A stretch of 64,000 nt of DNA from Wickerhamiella versatilis (Eukaryota): contig JAQOWU010000007.1 in NCBI GenBank assembly GCA_030867685.1, positions 1,736,001 to 1,800,000 of the forward strand, given 5' to 3'. The position numbers and the translations under genes are program-made. Below, piece after piece: positions 38,513 through 48,177 of this stretch; positions within the stretch are counted from its first letter, which is position 1, and every line of letters starts with the position of its first letter. The notes beneath the pieces are model-generated. The model saw only the letters and a program-made list of their open reading frames with translations. It was not told the origin of the DNA and made no database searches.

Positions 38513-40618
38513 ATGAGTTCTCAACAGAACGGCGAAACATTTGAATTTCAGGCAGAAATCAGCCAACTTCTTGGCTTGATCATTAACACTGTCTATTCCA
38601 ATAAGGAAATTTTCTTGCGTGAACTTATTTCCAACGCCTCTGATGCATTGGACAAGATTCGTTTCCTTGGTCTGAGCGACCCCAAGCAGCTCCAAACCGA
38701 GCCTGATCTTTATATTCGCATTATCCCACACAAAGAAGAAAAGATCCTCGAGATTCGGGATACTGGTGTTGGTATGACGAAGTCTGACTTGGTCAACAAC
38801 CTCGGTACTATTGCCAAGTCTGGTACGAAGCAATTCCTGATGGAGGCCCTGGCTGGCGGTGCTGATATGAGCATGATCGGTCAGTTCGGTGTCGGTTTCT
38901 ACTCCCTTTTCTTGGTTGCCGACAGAGTTCAGGTAACCTCTAAGAATAATGATGACGATCAGTACGTTTGGGAGTCTGAGGCTGGTGGCAAGTTCACCAT
39001 CACCAAGGATGACGGTCCATCGCTGGGCCGCGGTACTTTGATCCGTATGCACATGAAGGAGGATCAGCTCGAGTACTTGGAGGAGAAGCGTATCAAGGAA
39101 GTTGTTCACAAGCACTCTGAGTTCGTCTCGTACCCCATCCAGCTTGTAGTCACTAAGGAGATTGAGAAGGATGCTCCTGAGGAAGAGCAGGAGAAGGTTG
39201 ACGAGGACAAGCAGCCCAAGATCGAAGAAGTGAAGGATGAGGGCGAAGAGGACAAGAAGGATGAGAAGAAGAAGATCAAGGAGACCGTCAAGGAGAACGA
39301 GGAGTTGAATACCACCAAGCCTTTGTGGACCCGTCCTCCGTCGGAAGTCACGAAGGAAGAGTATAACGCTTTCTACAAGTCTATCTCAAATGACTGGGAG
39401 GATCCCCTGGCTGTCAAGCACTTCTCTGTTGAGGGCCAGCTCGAATTCAAGACCATTCTGTTCGTCCCAGCCCGTGCTCCATTTGATCTTTTCGACAGCA
39501 AGAAGAAGCGTCAGAACATCAAGCTTTATGTCCGTCGTGTATTTATCACTGACGACTCTGAGGAGTTGATTCCTGAGTGGCTGTCCTTCGTCCGTGGTGT
39601 CGTTGATAGCGAGGAGCTCCCTCTGAACTTGTCTCGTGAGATGTTGCAACAGAACAAGATTCTGAAGGTGATCAGAAAGAACATCGTTAAGAAGCTTATT
39701 GAGACCTTCAACGAGATCGCAGAGGACCAAGAACAGTTCAACAAGTTCTACAGCGCCTTCGGCAAGAACATCAAGCTTGGTATCCACGAGGATGCCCAGA
39801 ACCGTCCTGCTCTTGCTAAGCTCCTCCGCTACAACTCTACCAAGTCCGGAGATGAGCCCACCAGCCTGACTGACTACGTCACTCGCATGCCCGAGCACCA
39901 GAAGAACATCTATTACATCACTGGTGAGTCCACCAAGGCTGTTGAGAAGTCTCCATTCCTTGACGTGCTTAAGGCAAAGGGATTCGAGGTTCTGTACATG
40001 ACGGACCCAATTGACGAGTACGCTGTTACCCAGCTCCGTGAGTTCGAGGACCACAAGCTTGTCGATGTTACCAAGGACTACGAGCTTGAGGAGACCGAGG
40101 AAGAGAAGAAGGAGCGTGAAGAGAACGCCAAGGCCTACGAAGACTTGACCAAGGTCATCAAGGACATTCTCGGTGAACAGGTTGAGAAGGTCGTTGTCTC
40201 GGAGAAGCTGGGCGAAGCACCAGCTGCCATCCGTACCGGCCAGTTCGGATGGTCTGCTAACATGGAGCGTATAATGAAGGCTCAGGCCCTTCGTGATACC
40301 ACCATGTCTCAGTACATGGCTTCCAAGAAGACTTTTGAGATTTCTCCAAGGTCGCCTATTATCCAGGAGCTTAAGACAAAGGTCGAGTCTGAGGGACCAG
40401 AGGACCGCACTGTCAAGGACCTTACGACCTTGCTGTACGAGACTGCACTGCTGACCTCAGGATTCTCGCTGGACGAACCATCTTTGTTCGCTGCTCGTAT
40501 CAACCGTCTTATTTCCTTGGGTCTCAACATCGAGGACACCCCTGAGACTGCTCCTGCAGCAGAGGAAAAGGCCCCTGCTGGAGAGCCAACTGAGAGCGTT
40601 ATGGAGGAAGTTGACTAA
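38513..40618 (+). CDS. HSP90: Cytosolic Hsp90 chaperone
   Basis: [34 protein letters not shown]-terminal MEEVD; strong codon bias. Confidence 0.99.
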   Translation: MSSQQNGETFEFQAEISQLLGLIINTVYSNKEIFLRELISNASDALDKIRFLGLSDPKQLQTEPDLYIRIIPHKEEKILEIRDTGVGMTKSDLVNNLGTIAKSGTKQFLMEALAGGADMSMIGQFGVGFYSLFLVADRVQVTSKNNDDDQYVWESEAGGKFTITKDDGPSLGRGTLIRMHMKEDQLEYLEEKRIKEVVHKHSEFVSYPIQLVVTKEIEKDAPEEEQEKVDEDKQPKIEEVKDEGEEDKKDEKKKIKETVKENEELNTTKPLWTRPPSEVTKEEYNAFYKSISNDWEDPLAVKHFSVEGQLEFKTILFVPARAPFDLFDSKKKRQNIKLYVRRVFITDDSEELIPEWLSFVRGVVDSEELPLNLSREMLQQNKILKVIRKNIVKKLIETFNEIAEDQEQFNKFYSAFGKNIKLGIHEDAQNRPALAKLLRYNSTKSGDEPTSLTDYVTRMPEHQKNIYYITGESTKAVEKSPFLDVLKAKGFEVLYMTDPIDEYAVTQLREFEDHKLVDVTKDYELEETEEEKKEREENAKAYEDLTKVIKDILGEQVEKVVVSEKLGEAPAAIRTGQFGWSANMERIMKAQALRDTTMSQYMASKKTFEISPRSPIIQELKTKVESEGPEDRTVKDLTTLLYETALLTSGFSLDEPSLFAARINRLISLGLNIEDTPETAPAAEEKAPAGEPTESVMEEVD

Positions 40619-40891
40619 AGCGTCTAAATTATATAGATAATGCATTTTTTCAACGCTTGTGAATAGAAATATGATAATATTTAGTGAATATATCTCTTTG
40701 GTATGATTTTGGTTTTGTAGGCGAGTCACCCACCACCTTGTATTATAGTATGGTATGGATTATGAGGTGGTGATGTATCCGTATGTGTGCATCCACGTGC
40801 AGGCTACCCCCTTCTCAGTACCACTTTTAAAAATTATTCTCTTATATATAATTGCAGGACAGGAGCAAATATAAATAAAAAGTCAAGCACA

Positions 40892-41215
40892 TTAGTGTGC
40901 AGCCTGTCCGGCCGGCACTTCAGCTGTCGATGCTTTTTGGCTCTCTGCGGCACTACCAGGGGCTAGGCCATTAGCGGGGCAAGAGACTGTCGGAAGCTTC
41001 ACGTTGCTGTTTTGAGTTGCATTGTTCACCGTGTCCTGTACGTAGTGCTTTGCCTTGCGGATAGGCCCAGGGATATTGGCGCGTATCTTCTTCAGGGTAT
41101 TTACTATGAAAGTACGCTGGGGCTGTGTAGCCTTAGCCAAGGTGGATTGGCATTGTTCAATCTGGGAGATTGGAGCTTGGGTCTGCGCAGCTGAAGGAGA
41201 GCCTGTCGTTGACAT
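40892..41215 (-). CDS. Small hypothetical protein
   Basis: 107-aa ATG ORF, GC-richer than its flanks, TATATAAA upstream on the minus strand (about 41250-41257); no family recognised. Confidence 0.5.
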   Translation of the reverse strand: MSTTGSPSAAQTQAPISQIEQCQSTLAKATQPQRTFIVNTLKKIRANIPGPIRKAKHYVQDTVNNATQNSNVKLPTVSCPANGLAPGSAAESQKASTAEVPAGQAAH

Positions 41216-42102
41216 TCAGATGTTGGCTTCTGGTCCATAATTCTCACAATTTATATACTAGTATTTGACAAAGTTGGAAAGTTCGACTAAAGTAAAACTA
41301 CCCAAGCAGGTAGGCCACTCTTCCGGGATACCCCATCTCTACAATGTCTTAATGGGAGGTTTACTTGATATGGCAATTTAGTGAGGCGTCGGAAGAGTTT
41401 TTTAGATCTGTTACAATTATATAGGGTAACCTTAGAGATGCATTGGTGCAAAGTAACCATATCTGGCAAAATGTATACTCTAAGAGGGAATGCAGGTTGA
41501 AAAAAATACTGAATACTGAAAAAAAAATTGAAAATTTCTTTTTGGATAAACAGGCATTAGCGTAGGTATAACTAACCCTCTGTCAATGTCTCATACTTGC
41601 CTGAATTATCGTATCGCGTTTAGTCGATGGATTATCACTTATATAACAAATATGTAATAAGTATATCACCGCGCGGCTTAGAAAAGATACTAACAACGAC
41701 GAATGCTATGTACATGGAAAATAAATAGTTTTAGATCAATAATATGGCATTAGAGATCAAATCTATCGGTTCAGTTCGTTTGGAAACTGCAACTTATTAT
41801 ATTGCGGCTAAAGACCGAGCTTCAATGCAGTCCTGAGGCACGTAGCCCTTGACCTCGTTGCTCGGGTAACTAATTAATGGGGTGGTTACTTTCGAACTCG
41901 GCGCGTAAAATTTGAAGTGATAGCCTACTATCAGCTTTTTTTGTTAAATCATTGAGACCAAGCTTGGGAATTTAGTCGGAACTTTTGGGACTAGCTCTGT
42001 ATGTTTTGATTGATTTCCCCAACCCGTACCCTGATCTATCCCCCTAGTTCCAAAACCTCAGCTGTGTTAGCCTCAACCAGTCCCCATTCGATATCGGCAA
42101 AA

Positions 42103-42861
42103 ATGGCATCAACTCTTCACGCAGTGAGCAGTACGCGAAGACCAGTGCAGAAAGTGCCTAATACAGCGCCGAAATTCAAGATTCCAGAGAATATTATCCG
42201 GTTTCTCCAGGTTTTGGCATTGTCAGTCAAGCCCGAATCTTTAGAGCAGGGTGCTCGCTTGACGCCTAAGGTGTATTTACCGACAAAAATGTGGGATTTC
42301 GTGTCTGATAGCCGCACTGCACGGCGCATCACCGGCAGAGTTGATCTTCTCAGTGAGCTGGCTCATCTGGCGGCTGGGTCTGAGCTCACACCAGCTAAAC
42401 TGAAAGCTCTGGAGATACAGATTAGCGAGCTAAAGCCTATTCTTGTTGAGAAACGTACAATCAGCCAGCGGCTTCTCTTCAAAAAAGCGCCGCCGATTAA
42501 GCCCCAGGTGCAGCAGGAGTCCCGTCCTTTAATGCTGCGCAAGCGCTCTTCTTCCCTGTCGATGGTCTCACGTATACGCAGTTCGCCTTCATCAATCTCG
42601 CGCCGCTCTTCAGATACCAACTCAGTTTCTACGCGCACCACCTCCACTTCAAGCTCCTCTGAGGGTGAGCAGACGTCGATTCGGCAATATGGCGAGAGTA
42701 TCGGCTTTCTGGCTGATATGGTGGCTAGTGCTGATTTCCGTATAGGTTCTCAGCAGCTTCTTGTGCTGGTCACAGAAAAGTTGTTTCCTTTACTTGTCGA
42801 TGATATCTTTGCGATCTTGCAAGCCTACTCGGGCCAGGTCCAGAAAGCCCATGGGCTCTAA
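42103..42861 (+). CDS. Hypothetical protein resembling the conserved C-terminal region of fungal MIT-domain proteins
   Basis: GARLTPKVYLPTKMW and C-terminal LLVDDIFAILQAY recall that family (from memory); Ser-rich linker. First ATG at 42103. Confidence 0.55.
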   Translation: MASTLHAVSSTRRPVQKVPNTAPKFKIPENIIRFLQVLALSVKPESLEQGARLTPKVYLPTKMWDFVSDSRTARRITGRVDLLSELAHLAAGSELTPAKLKALEIQISELKPILVEKRTISQRLLFKKAPPIKPQVQQESRPLMLRKRSSSLSMVSRIRSSPSSISRRSSDTNSVSTRTTSTSSSSEGEQTSIRQYGESIGFLADMVASADFRIGSQQLLVLVTEKLFPLLVDDIFAILQAYSGQVQKAHGL

Positions 42862-43036
42862 GTAACGCGATTACTGGTCCAAGGAATTTATTATTATTAT
42901 TTATCGTTCATTTCTTTTCTAATACCTAATTTTATTTACACCTTCAATCATTTGATCCATGGACTTTTTAACGATTAATTAGCTTACTTATTTCAACTCT
43001 TTCAAGCGCTTAAATATATCAACGAAAAAAAAATGC

Positions 43037-46000
43037 TCACCAACTGTTATCAAACCGCGCTAATTCAACCTCGCCGGCTCCCAACTCTTTTTGGACTTTA
43101 CGGCGCATGAAGAAGATCGGACAATCCTTCGAGGTGCAAATGACATCTTGGTGCGTTGAACCTTGGCACTCCTGGCATCTTGTCCAAAGTCTCGCAAACT
43201 TTGTTTGCAATTCGTTAACTGAGATCAACTGCTCGCAATAGAGTTCTGGCAGACGGTTCATGCAATTTGAGCAAACTGCACCCTTGTCATATGGTGGAGA
43301 GAGAGGACGTTTACATCCACGACATGTGGCCTTCTTCACAACAAACCCCATCAAACCTCCCATCTTAGGGGTGGCACGGATAACGTGTAGAGTATGCTCT
43401 CCCGTCAAAAGCTGTGAAGCCCGCTTTTCGCCGAGTATTGGTTCAAAGATCCGCAGTAAAGGCTTGCTCAGCTGGTTCTCCAAGTAGTACTTAGTATCAA
43501 TGGGCAAATTGTTTTCAAGAACATGAACAGGATCCTCACTCTTGTCGTAATTCTTATCGCCCTCTTTGCCCTTAATGATCACGTAGGGAACACGGTCCCC
43601 TAGCGCTGGGGCAGAACCGGCATCGCGCTTTCTCATACGCTCTGCCAGCTCTACATGTGCTTGTTTCCCGGCATAATCCGCGCGGGAGAGCTGCTTTGAA
43701 ATGATAAGCAGACTGAGGTCCACACGGTTTTGCAGTAAATCGGAGATTGTCTGCTTCACGAAATTTTCCGCACTTTCAACATCACGGTCGATGAGTATCC
43801 GATGTAAAATGGTTTCAATCACATTCTGAACAAGCTGACAGTTGTCTCGACGGACAGTTTCAATACCTTTCGTGTCCATTTTATCGTATTTTTCGGGACG
43901 GGTCCAGTAGATTCCTGCATATCGTTTTTTATTGATCAGAAGGTATGGGAAATAAACCTTTTCGAATTCAAGCTTAATAGGATCCAGAAAAGTTTTGGAC
44001 ACAACACCTGCGGCTTCCTCTCCCAGGCGCATGCACTCACGCAAATCTTCAGAGCCAAACTTGACCATTACAGAGTCCGTATCTCCATAAACCACTTGTG
44101 CATCATGCTCATAACCATTAGCTCGGGTGTAATGCTCTTCCACAAGGGCCTTTGTCGCTTCAATCATCATTCGTCCAAACGCGGTCACGGACGAGGAGAT
44201 GGCTAGGCAGGGAAGTTTACCAATAGTTGCACCCGTAAAGCCATACACAGAGTTTGCTGAGATCTTCAGGGCTAGCTGTCGACCATCGAGGACTGCGCGC
44301 TTGAACGGATCTTGTTCATTCTTCAAGTCGGCTTTGGCCTTCTTACGAGCAGTTAACAACTCTTTTAGGATGACAGGAAGAAGCCCATGTCGCTTTGTAC
44401 TCTTAACAAACATATCTCCATTTGGTGTTAGGGTGTAATCTTGGTCCTTGACCAGCTTCAGCCGCTCAATGGTCACTTTATCAACCAGCGTGGTGTAGCA
44501 GAGATTATGTGCCATCATGATGCTGGGATATAGGGAAGAGAAATCTAATGTACTTATTGGAACATTGTAGTATCCTCTTCGGGGTTCGATTACTGTCGCT
44601 CCTTCATACTGCTCATCTGAGGATCCCTCCTGCTTCATATTTGGGACAAGCATTCCAACAGTAAGAGACTTACGGAATAGTTGGCTGATGACCTTGATTT
44701 GCTGGCCTCGGGTCAACAGATAAGAAAGAGGTACACCTGTTACACGTGCCATTTCGGTCATGTTCACCAGGGTCATTAATTTATCCATTAGACGTAGCGG
44801 CAAGTAAGCGTCCTTAAGACAATAGACCGCTAATCGATATCGCGAATCTGCATTGCCATTTTGCAGCTCGGTAATCATGGAATGATGCACATCCTCTTTC
44901 TGCTCGTTCAAAAAATTAGCACTGACCGCGTTCAACGTGTAACTTCGGAGCTTGTATTCTCGACGAATGTACTGGAGCATATCTATTTGCATTCTTCCAT
45001 CAATGTTCGTCGTCTTATTTTCCGACGATCCGAATGCTTTTGAACTAAATGCAGCTGTACCCACCTTCTGCTGAACATGCTTCAGACGACCGAAGTAAGG
45101 AAAATTGTCAAGCTCCAGAGTCACAGCACGATCAATGAGGTACGGTAAATCAAAATTCGCAATGTTATAGCCAATAATCACGTCGGGGTCAACGCGGTTC
45201 ACGAATTCACGCCAATGCATTAACATTTCACCCTCTGTTTCGTGCTCAAACACCTGGGAACCTACTATCGGAGAGCAAGTACCCAGTGTAAAGACATTGC
45301 GGACAAATGGGGTCGACTCGCCTTGGACCTGAACCATCGAAGCAATTTGAATAACAGGATCTATTCGAGCCTCGGGAAAAATGCCTTTGCGGCCTGCACA
45401 CTCTATGTCAAAGCTCAAAATTCGTAGAGGCGCACTTTTCAACCACTCTCCTTCAGCTTCATGTGCTATGAGGTCCTGGTAATTAACTTTGACTTCTATT
45501 TGGGTGCGGGCCTGCCGCTTTGTTTTATCCCACACAATTTGGTACTTACCAGCCGGTAGGGTTATCCATGACATACCAGTGATGCCACAGTCTATTGTGC
45601 ATCTCAACATATAAGATATATTGTCATAAGACAAATTGCTGAACTGAAAACCACCAAGCTCACAGCCACCTGCCTCAATCTTACTCCGCAATCGACTTAC
45701 AGAACGAGGGTCCTTCATAACAAGTTTTAAAAAGGGTATTTTCCCATCTCCATGATATCCCCAGAGGCTCTGTTTCATAACAATCTCTACCCGGTGGAGC
45801 TGATTCGCCAGTTGCGGCTCAGTGGAACGAAGAGAATCAACCATTGCTGGCACATTCTTAGCCCGAAATCCCTGAGGAGCTGGCACATAGAAGTAGTGCT
45901 GGAAACCCGTGATGTCGCACATTATAGAATGACCTTCAGCTGTCACACCAAACATTCGTACGACAGATCCTTCACCGTAGACGTCCGTTTCCTCAGCATC

Positions 46001-46129
46001 AATTTGCTGGAAAGAGATATCCTTAGTATGCCATCCATCTTCTAAAGGAGGCCGGTCCCAAAACTGGTCACCAGAATGCTTTGAGCGTTTTTGCAGCCCG
46101 TTAGTGCCATTTAGTGTGCCGCGTTTCAT
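43037..46129 (-). CDS. POL3: DNA polymerase delta catalytic subunit
   Basis: SFDIEC exonuclease I, LDFSSLYPSIM, KISANSVYGFTG, YGDTDS, C-terminal CysA/CysB. Confidence 0.99.
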   Translation of the reverse strand: MKRGTLNGTNGLQKRSKHSGDQFWDRPPLEDGWHTKDISFQQIDAEETDVYGEGSVVRMFGVTAEGHSIMCDITGFQHYFYVPAPQGFRAKNVPAMVDSLRSTEPQLANQLHRVEIVMKQSLWGYHGDGKIPFLKLVMKDPRSVSRLRSKIEAGGCELGGFQFSNLSYDNISYMLRCTIDCGITGMSWITLPAGKYQIVWDKTKRQARTQIEVKVNYQDLIAHEAEGEWLKSAPLRILSFDIECAGRKGIFPEARIDPVIQIASMVQVQGESTPFVRNVFTLGTCSPIVGSQVFEHETEGEMLMHWREFVNRVDPDVIIGYNIANFDLPYLIDRAVTLELDNFPYFGRLKHVQQKVGTAAFSSKAFGSSENKTTNIDGRMQIDMLQYIRREYKLRSYTLNAVSANFLNEQKEDVHHSMITELQNGNADSRYRLAVYCLKDAYLPLRLMDKLMTLVNMTEMARVTGVPLSYLLTRGQQIKVISQLFRKSLTVGMLVPNMKQEGSSDEQYEGATVIEPRRGYYNVPISTLDFSSLYPSIMMAHNLCYTTLVDKVTIERLKLVKDQDYTLTPNGDMFVKSTKRHGLLPVILKELLTARKKAKADLKNEQDPFKRAVLDGRQLALKISANSVYGFTGATIGKLPCLAISSSVTAFGRMMIEATKALVEEHYTRANGYEHDAQVVYGDTDSVMVKFGSEDLRECMRLGEEAAGVVSKTFLDPIKLEFEKVYFPYLLINKKRYAGIYWTRPEKYDKMDTKGIETVRRDNCQLVQNVIETILHRILIDRDVESAENFVKQTISDLLQNRVDLSLLIISKQLSRADYAGKQAHVELAERMRKRDAGSAPALGDRVPYVIIKGKEGDKNYDKSEDPVHVLENNLPIDTKYYLENQLSKPLLRIFEPILGEKRASQLLTGEHTLHVIRATPKMGGLMGFVVKKATCRGCKRPLSPPYDKGAVCSNCMNRLPELYCEQLISVNELQTKFARLWTRCQECQGSTHQDVICTSKDCPIFFMRRKVQKELGAGEVELARFDNSW

Positions 46130-46134
46130 GAAAT

Positions 46135-46158
46135 ACGCGTGAGATTAATAAGACGCGT
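46135..46158. promoter_or_regulatory. Two MCB elements (ACGCGT) immediately upstream of POL3
   Basis: ACGCGT at 46135-46140 and 46153-46158. Confidence 0.75.
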
Positions 46159-46493
46159 TAAATAGAAATAAATTCATTTGGCAGACTTCGGAGTGATACT
46201 TAATCCCTAACTAATATATCGATAATTTTAAACGAGTGTTTCTGGACTAAGTTTTTGTTCCTCATCTACATGACTATTAGCCCTCAAGTCTATCTCTTAT
46301 ACCCTTCGAGATTTTTCTCAGCAGCCAACCTCTCAGAACTTGTGAATTAGCAGGACAGAGAATAGAAAGCCACATACAATAAAGCCATAGTAATCTATAC
46401 GAGATTGTAGTATAGTGGCAATTCCATTCCCCACACCTATGTCTCTCTCATATATATGCTGTGATAAGGTGAAAAAATTAATAAGCAAGTGCC

Positions 46494-47507
46494 ATGTCTG
46501 ACCATCGTCAAGGCCGACAAGGGCGGGATTACACCCCAGAACAGCATGCTGCAGTGAAGCGTGTTATGAGATGTCGTATTACTGCGTACTACGAAATTCT
46601 AGACATTCATGAGAAGGCCACTGCTGTTGAAATTAAGAAGTCGTACCGTCGGCTGGCTCTGACGATGCATCCTGACAAAAACAGTGCACCTCAGGCTGAT
46701 GAGGCCTTTAAAAGGATTTCCAGAGCATTCCAAGTGTTAAGTGATGAAGATAAGAAACGCATCTTTGATCAAACTGGACAGGATCCTGATGACCGCCGTG
46801 CACCCAGCTTCGGGGCAGGTCCATCATCCTTCAGTGGTGCCAGAGCCAGTGGACACCCATTTGCTGGCGCTGGTGGCGGTCCTGAGGATCTCTTCAACAT
46901 GTTTTTCGGCGGAGCAGGGCCGGGACCCGGCACCACGTTTACATTCGGTGGACCAGGTGGCGCCAGCTTTCACACTTTCGGTGGGGGCGGCCCTGATATA
47001 TTCGAGCAGTTTGTATTTGGAAGACCACGGCAGGCAAGGCAGCAAGCTAGAAATCCCCGTGCTGAGCCGCCGAACACAATCTGGACACAGTTACTTAGCA
47101 TCCTACCTATCGCCCTTCTTTTGGGGTTCCCATTACTTGTTTCTCTGTTCAGCGACTCGGAATCCGCACCAAAAATTCCTGCATTCCGATTCGACGCCAA
47201 GGGACCCTACAAGCATGAATTGCGAACATCTAGATTCGATGTTCCCTTCTATATTCGGGAAAGTGAGGCGAACAAGCTCACTCCAAGGGACACACGCAAA
47301 TTACAACAGTCTGCTGAAACATCCTATGTTAATACGATTCGGAGTGGGTGTACGCGGGAGTATATGGAGCGACAGCAAATGATGAATGATGCAATTGGAT
47401 TTTTGGGTCTCACGCGAGACGAGAAAAAATGGCAGGAGGCTTCAGATATGGAAATGCCTGCATGTGACCTGCTTGATAGACTCGGAATATCTCACAGTTT
47501 ATTGTGA
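46494..47507 (+). CDS. HLJ1: ER-membrane J-domain co-chaperone (DNAJB12/14 type)
   Basis: J domain with HPDKN, G/F-rich region, one TM segment, luminal C-terminal domain with two Cys. Confidence 0.88.
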   Translation: MSDHRQGRQGRDYTPEQHAAVKRVMRCRITAYYEILDIHEKATAVEIKKSYRRLALTMHPDKNSAPQADEAFKRISRAFQVLSDEDKKRIFDQTGQDPDDRRAPSFGAGPSSFSGARASGHPFAGAGGGPEDLFNMFFGGAGPGPGTTFTFGGPGGASFHTFGGGGPDIFEQFVFGRPRQARQQARNPRAEPPNTIWTQLLSILPIALLLGFPLLVSLFSDSESAPKIPAFRFDAKGPYKHELRTSRFDVPFYIRESEANKLTPRDTRKLQQSAETSYVNTIRSGCTREYMERQQMMNDAIGFLGLTRDEKKWQEASDMEMPACDLLDRLGISHSLL

Positions 47508-48177
47508 TCACAACTAATCTCCGCAGTAGGTACTGTGTAATACTATTTGCACCTAGAATGATATCATCGTTGCAATTTCCATCGGAGCCTGGCTCGTGAG
47601 ATTAAGCGGAGATCTCAATAAAGGTGGTTTGATAGCTTTCAGCTTTATTTAGAGAAATATATGAATATAAATATAATGTCGGTATTTAACCCTGCCAATT
47701 TCAAGGAAGTAAATGGGTGACGAGGCAATCTGGATCTGGCAAGGACAGCACAGGCGGGGAACCTGCTGTCTAAAAAAGACCCAACCCTTGGACCCACCAA
47801 CAAAATCCTTTCCTAAGACATAATACATATCGCCTGAAGCTGAGGAGCAGCGTCCACTGACCAAATCATAATTAAATTTCAAGCGGTAGTAAGGAACAAG
47901 CGTTGTGTCTATTTTCGGAAATTTCCTAATCCTAACCCCTTGCACAAAAATGCGGGTGTCAATACGACATTATGCCAAAATAACACTTCCCTAATAGTGA
48001 GCAAATAGAAAACTTCGTCATATTCACTTAGTATTATTTTTGCGCAAAACGATGGCAACCGGCAAATCAACCCGCGCTAAATCCGAAGAAATAAATGCAA
48101 CCCTAACATCGTAAGATTTTACTATCTCAACTTAATTGCTTAACCGCAAGGCACAAATCTTCATCGCTAAGTGATTA

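Noticed and set aside
38510-40054. Long antisense ORFs (201 and 222 aa) opposite HSP90
   Set aside because: Expected shadow of strong codon bias in a highly expressed gene; no protein motifs.
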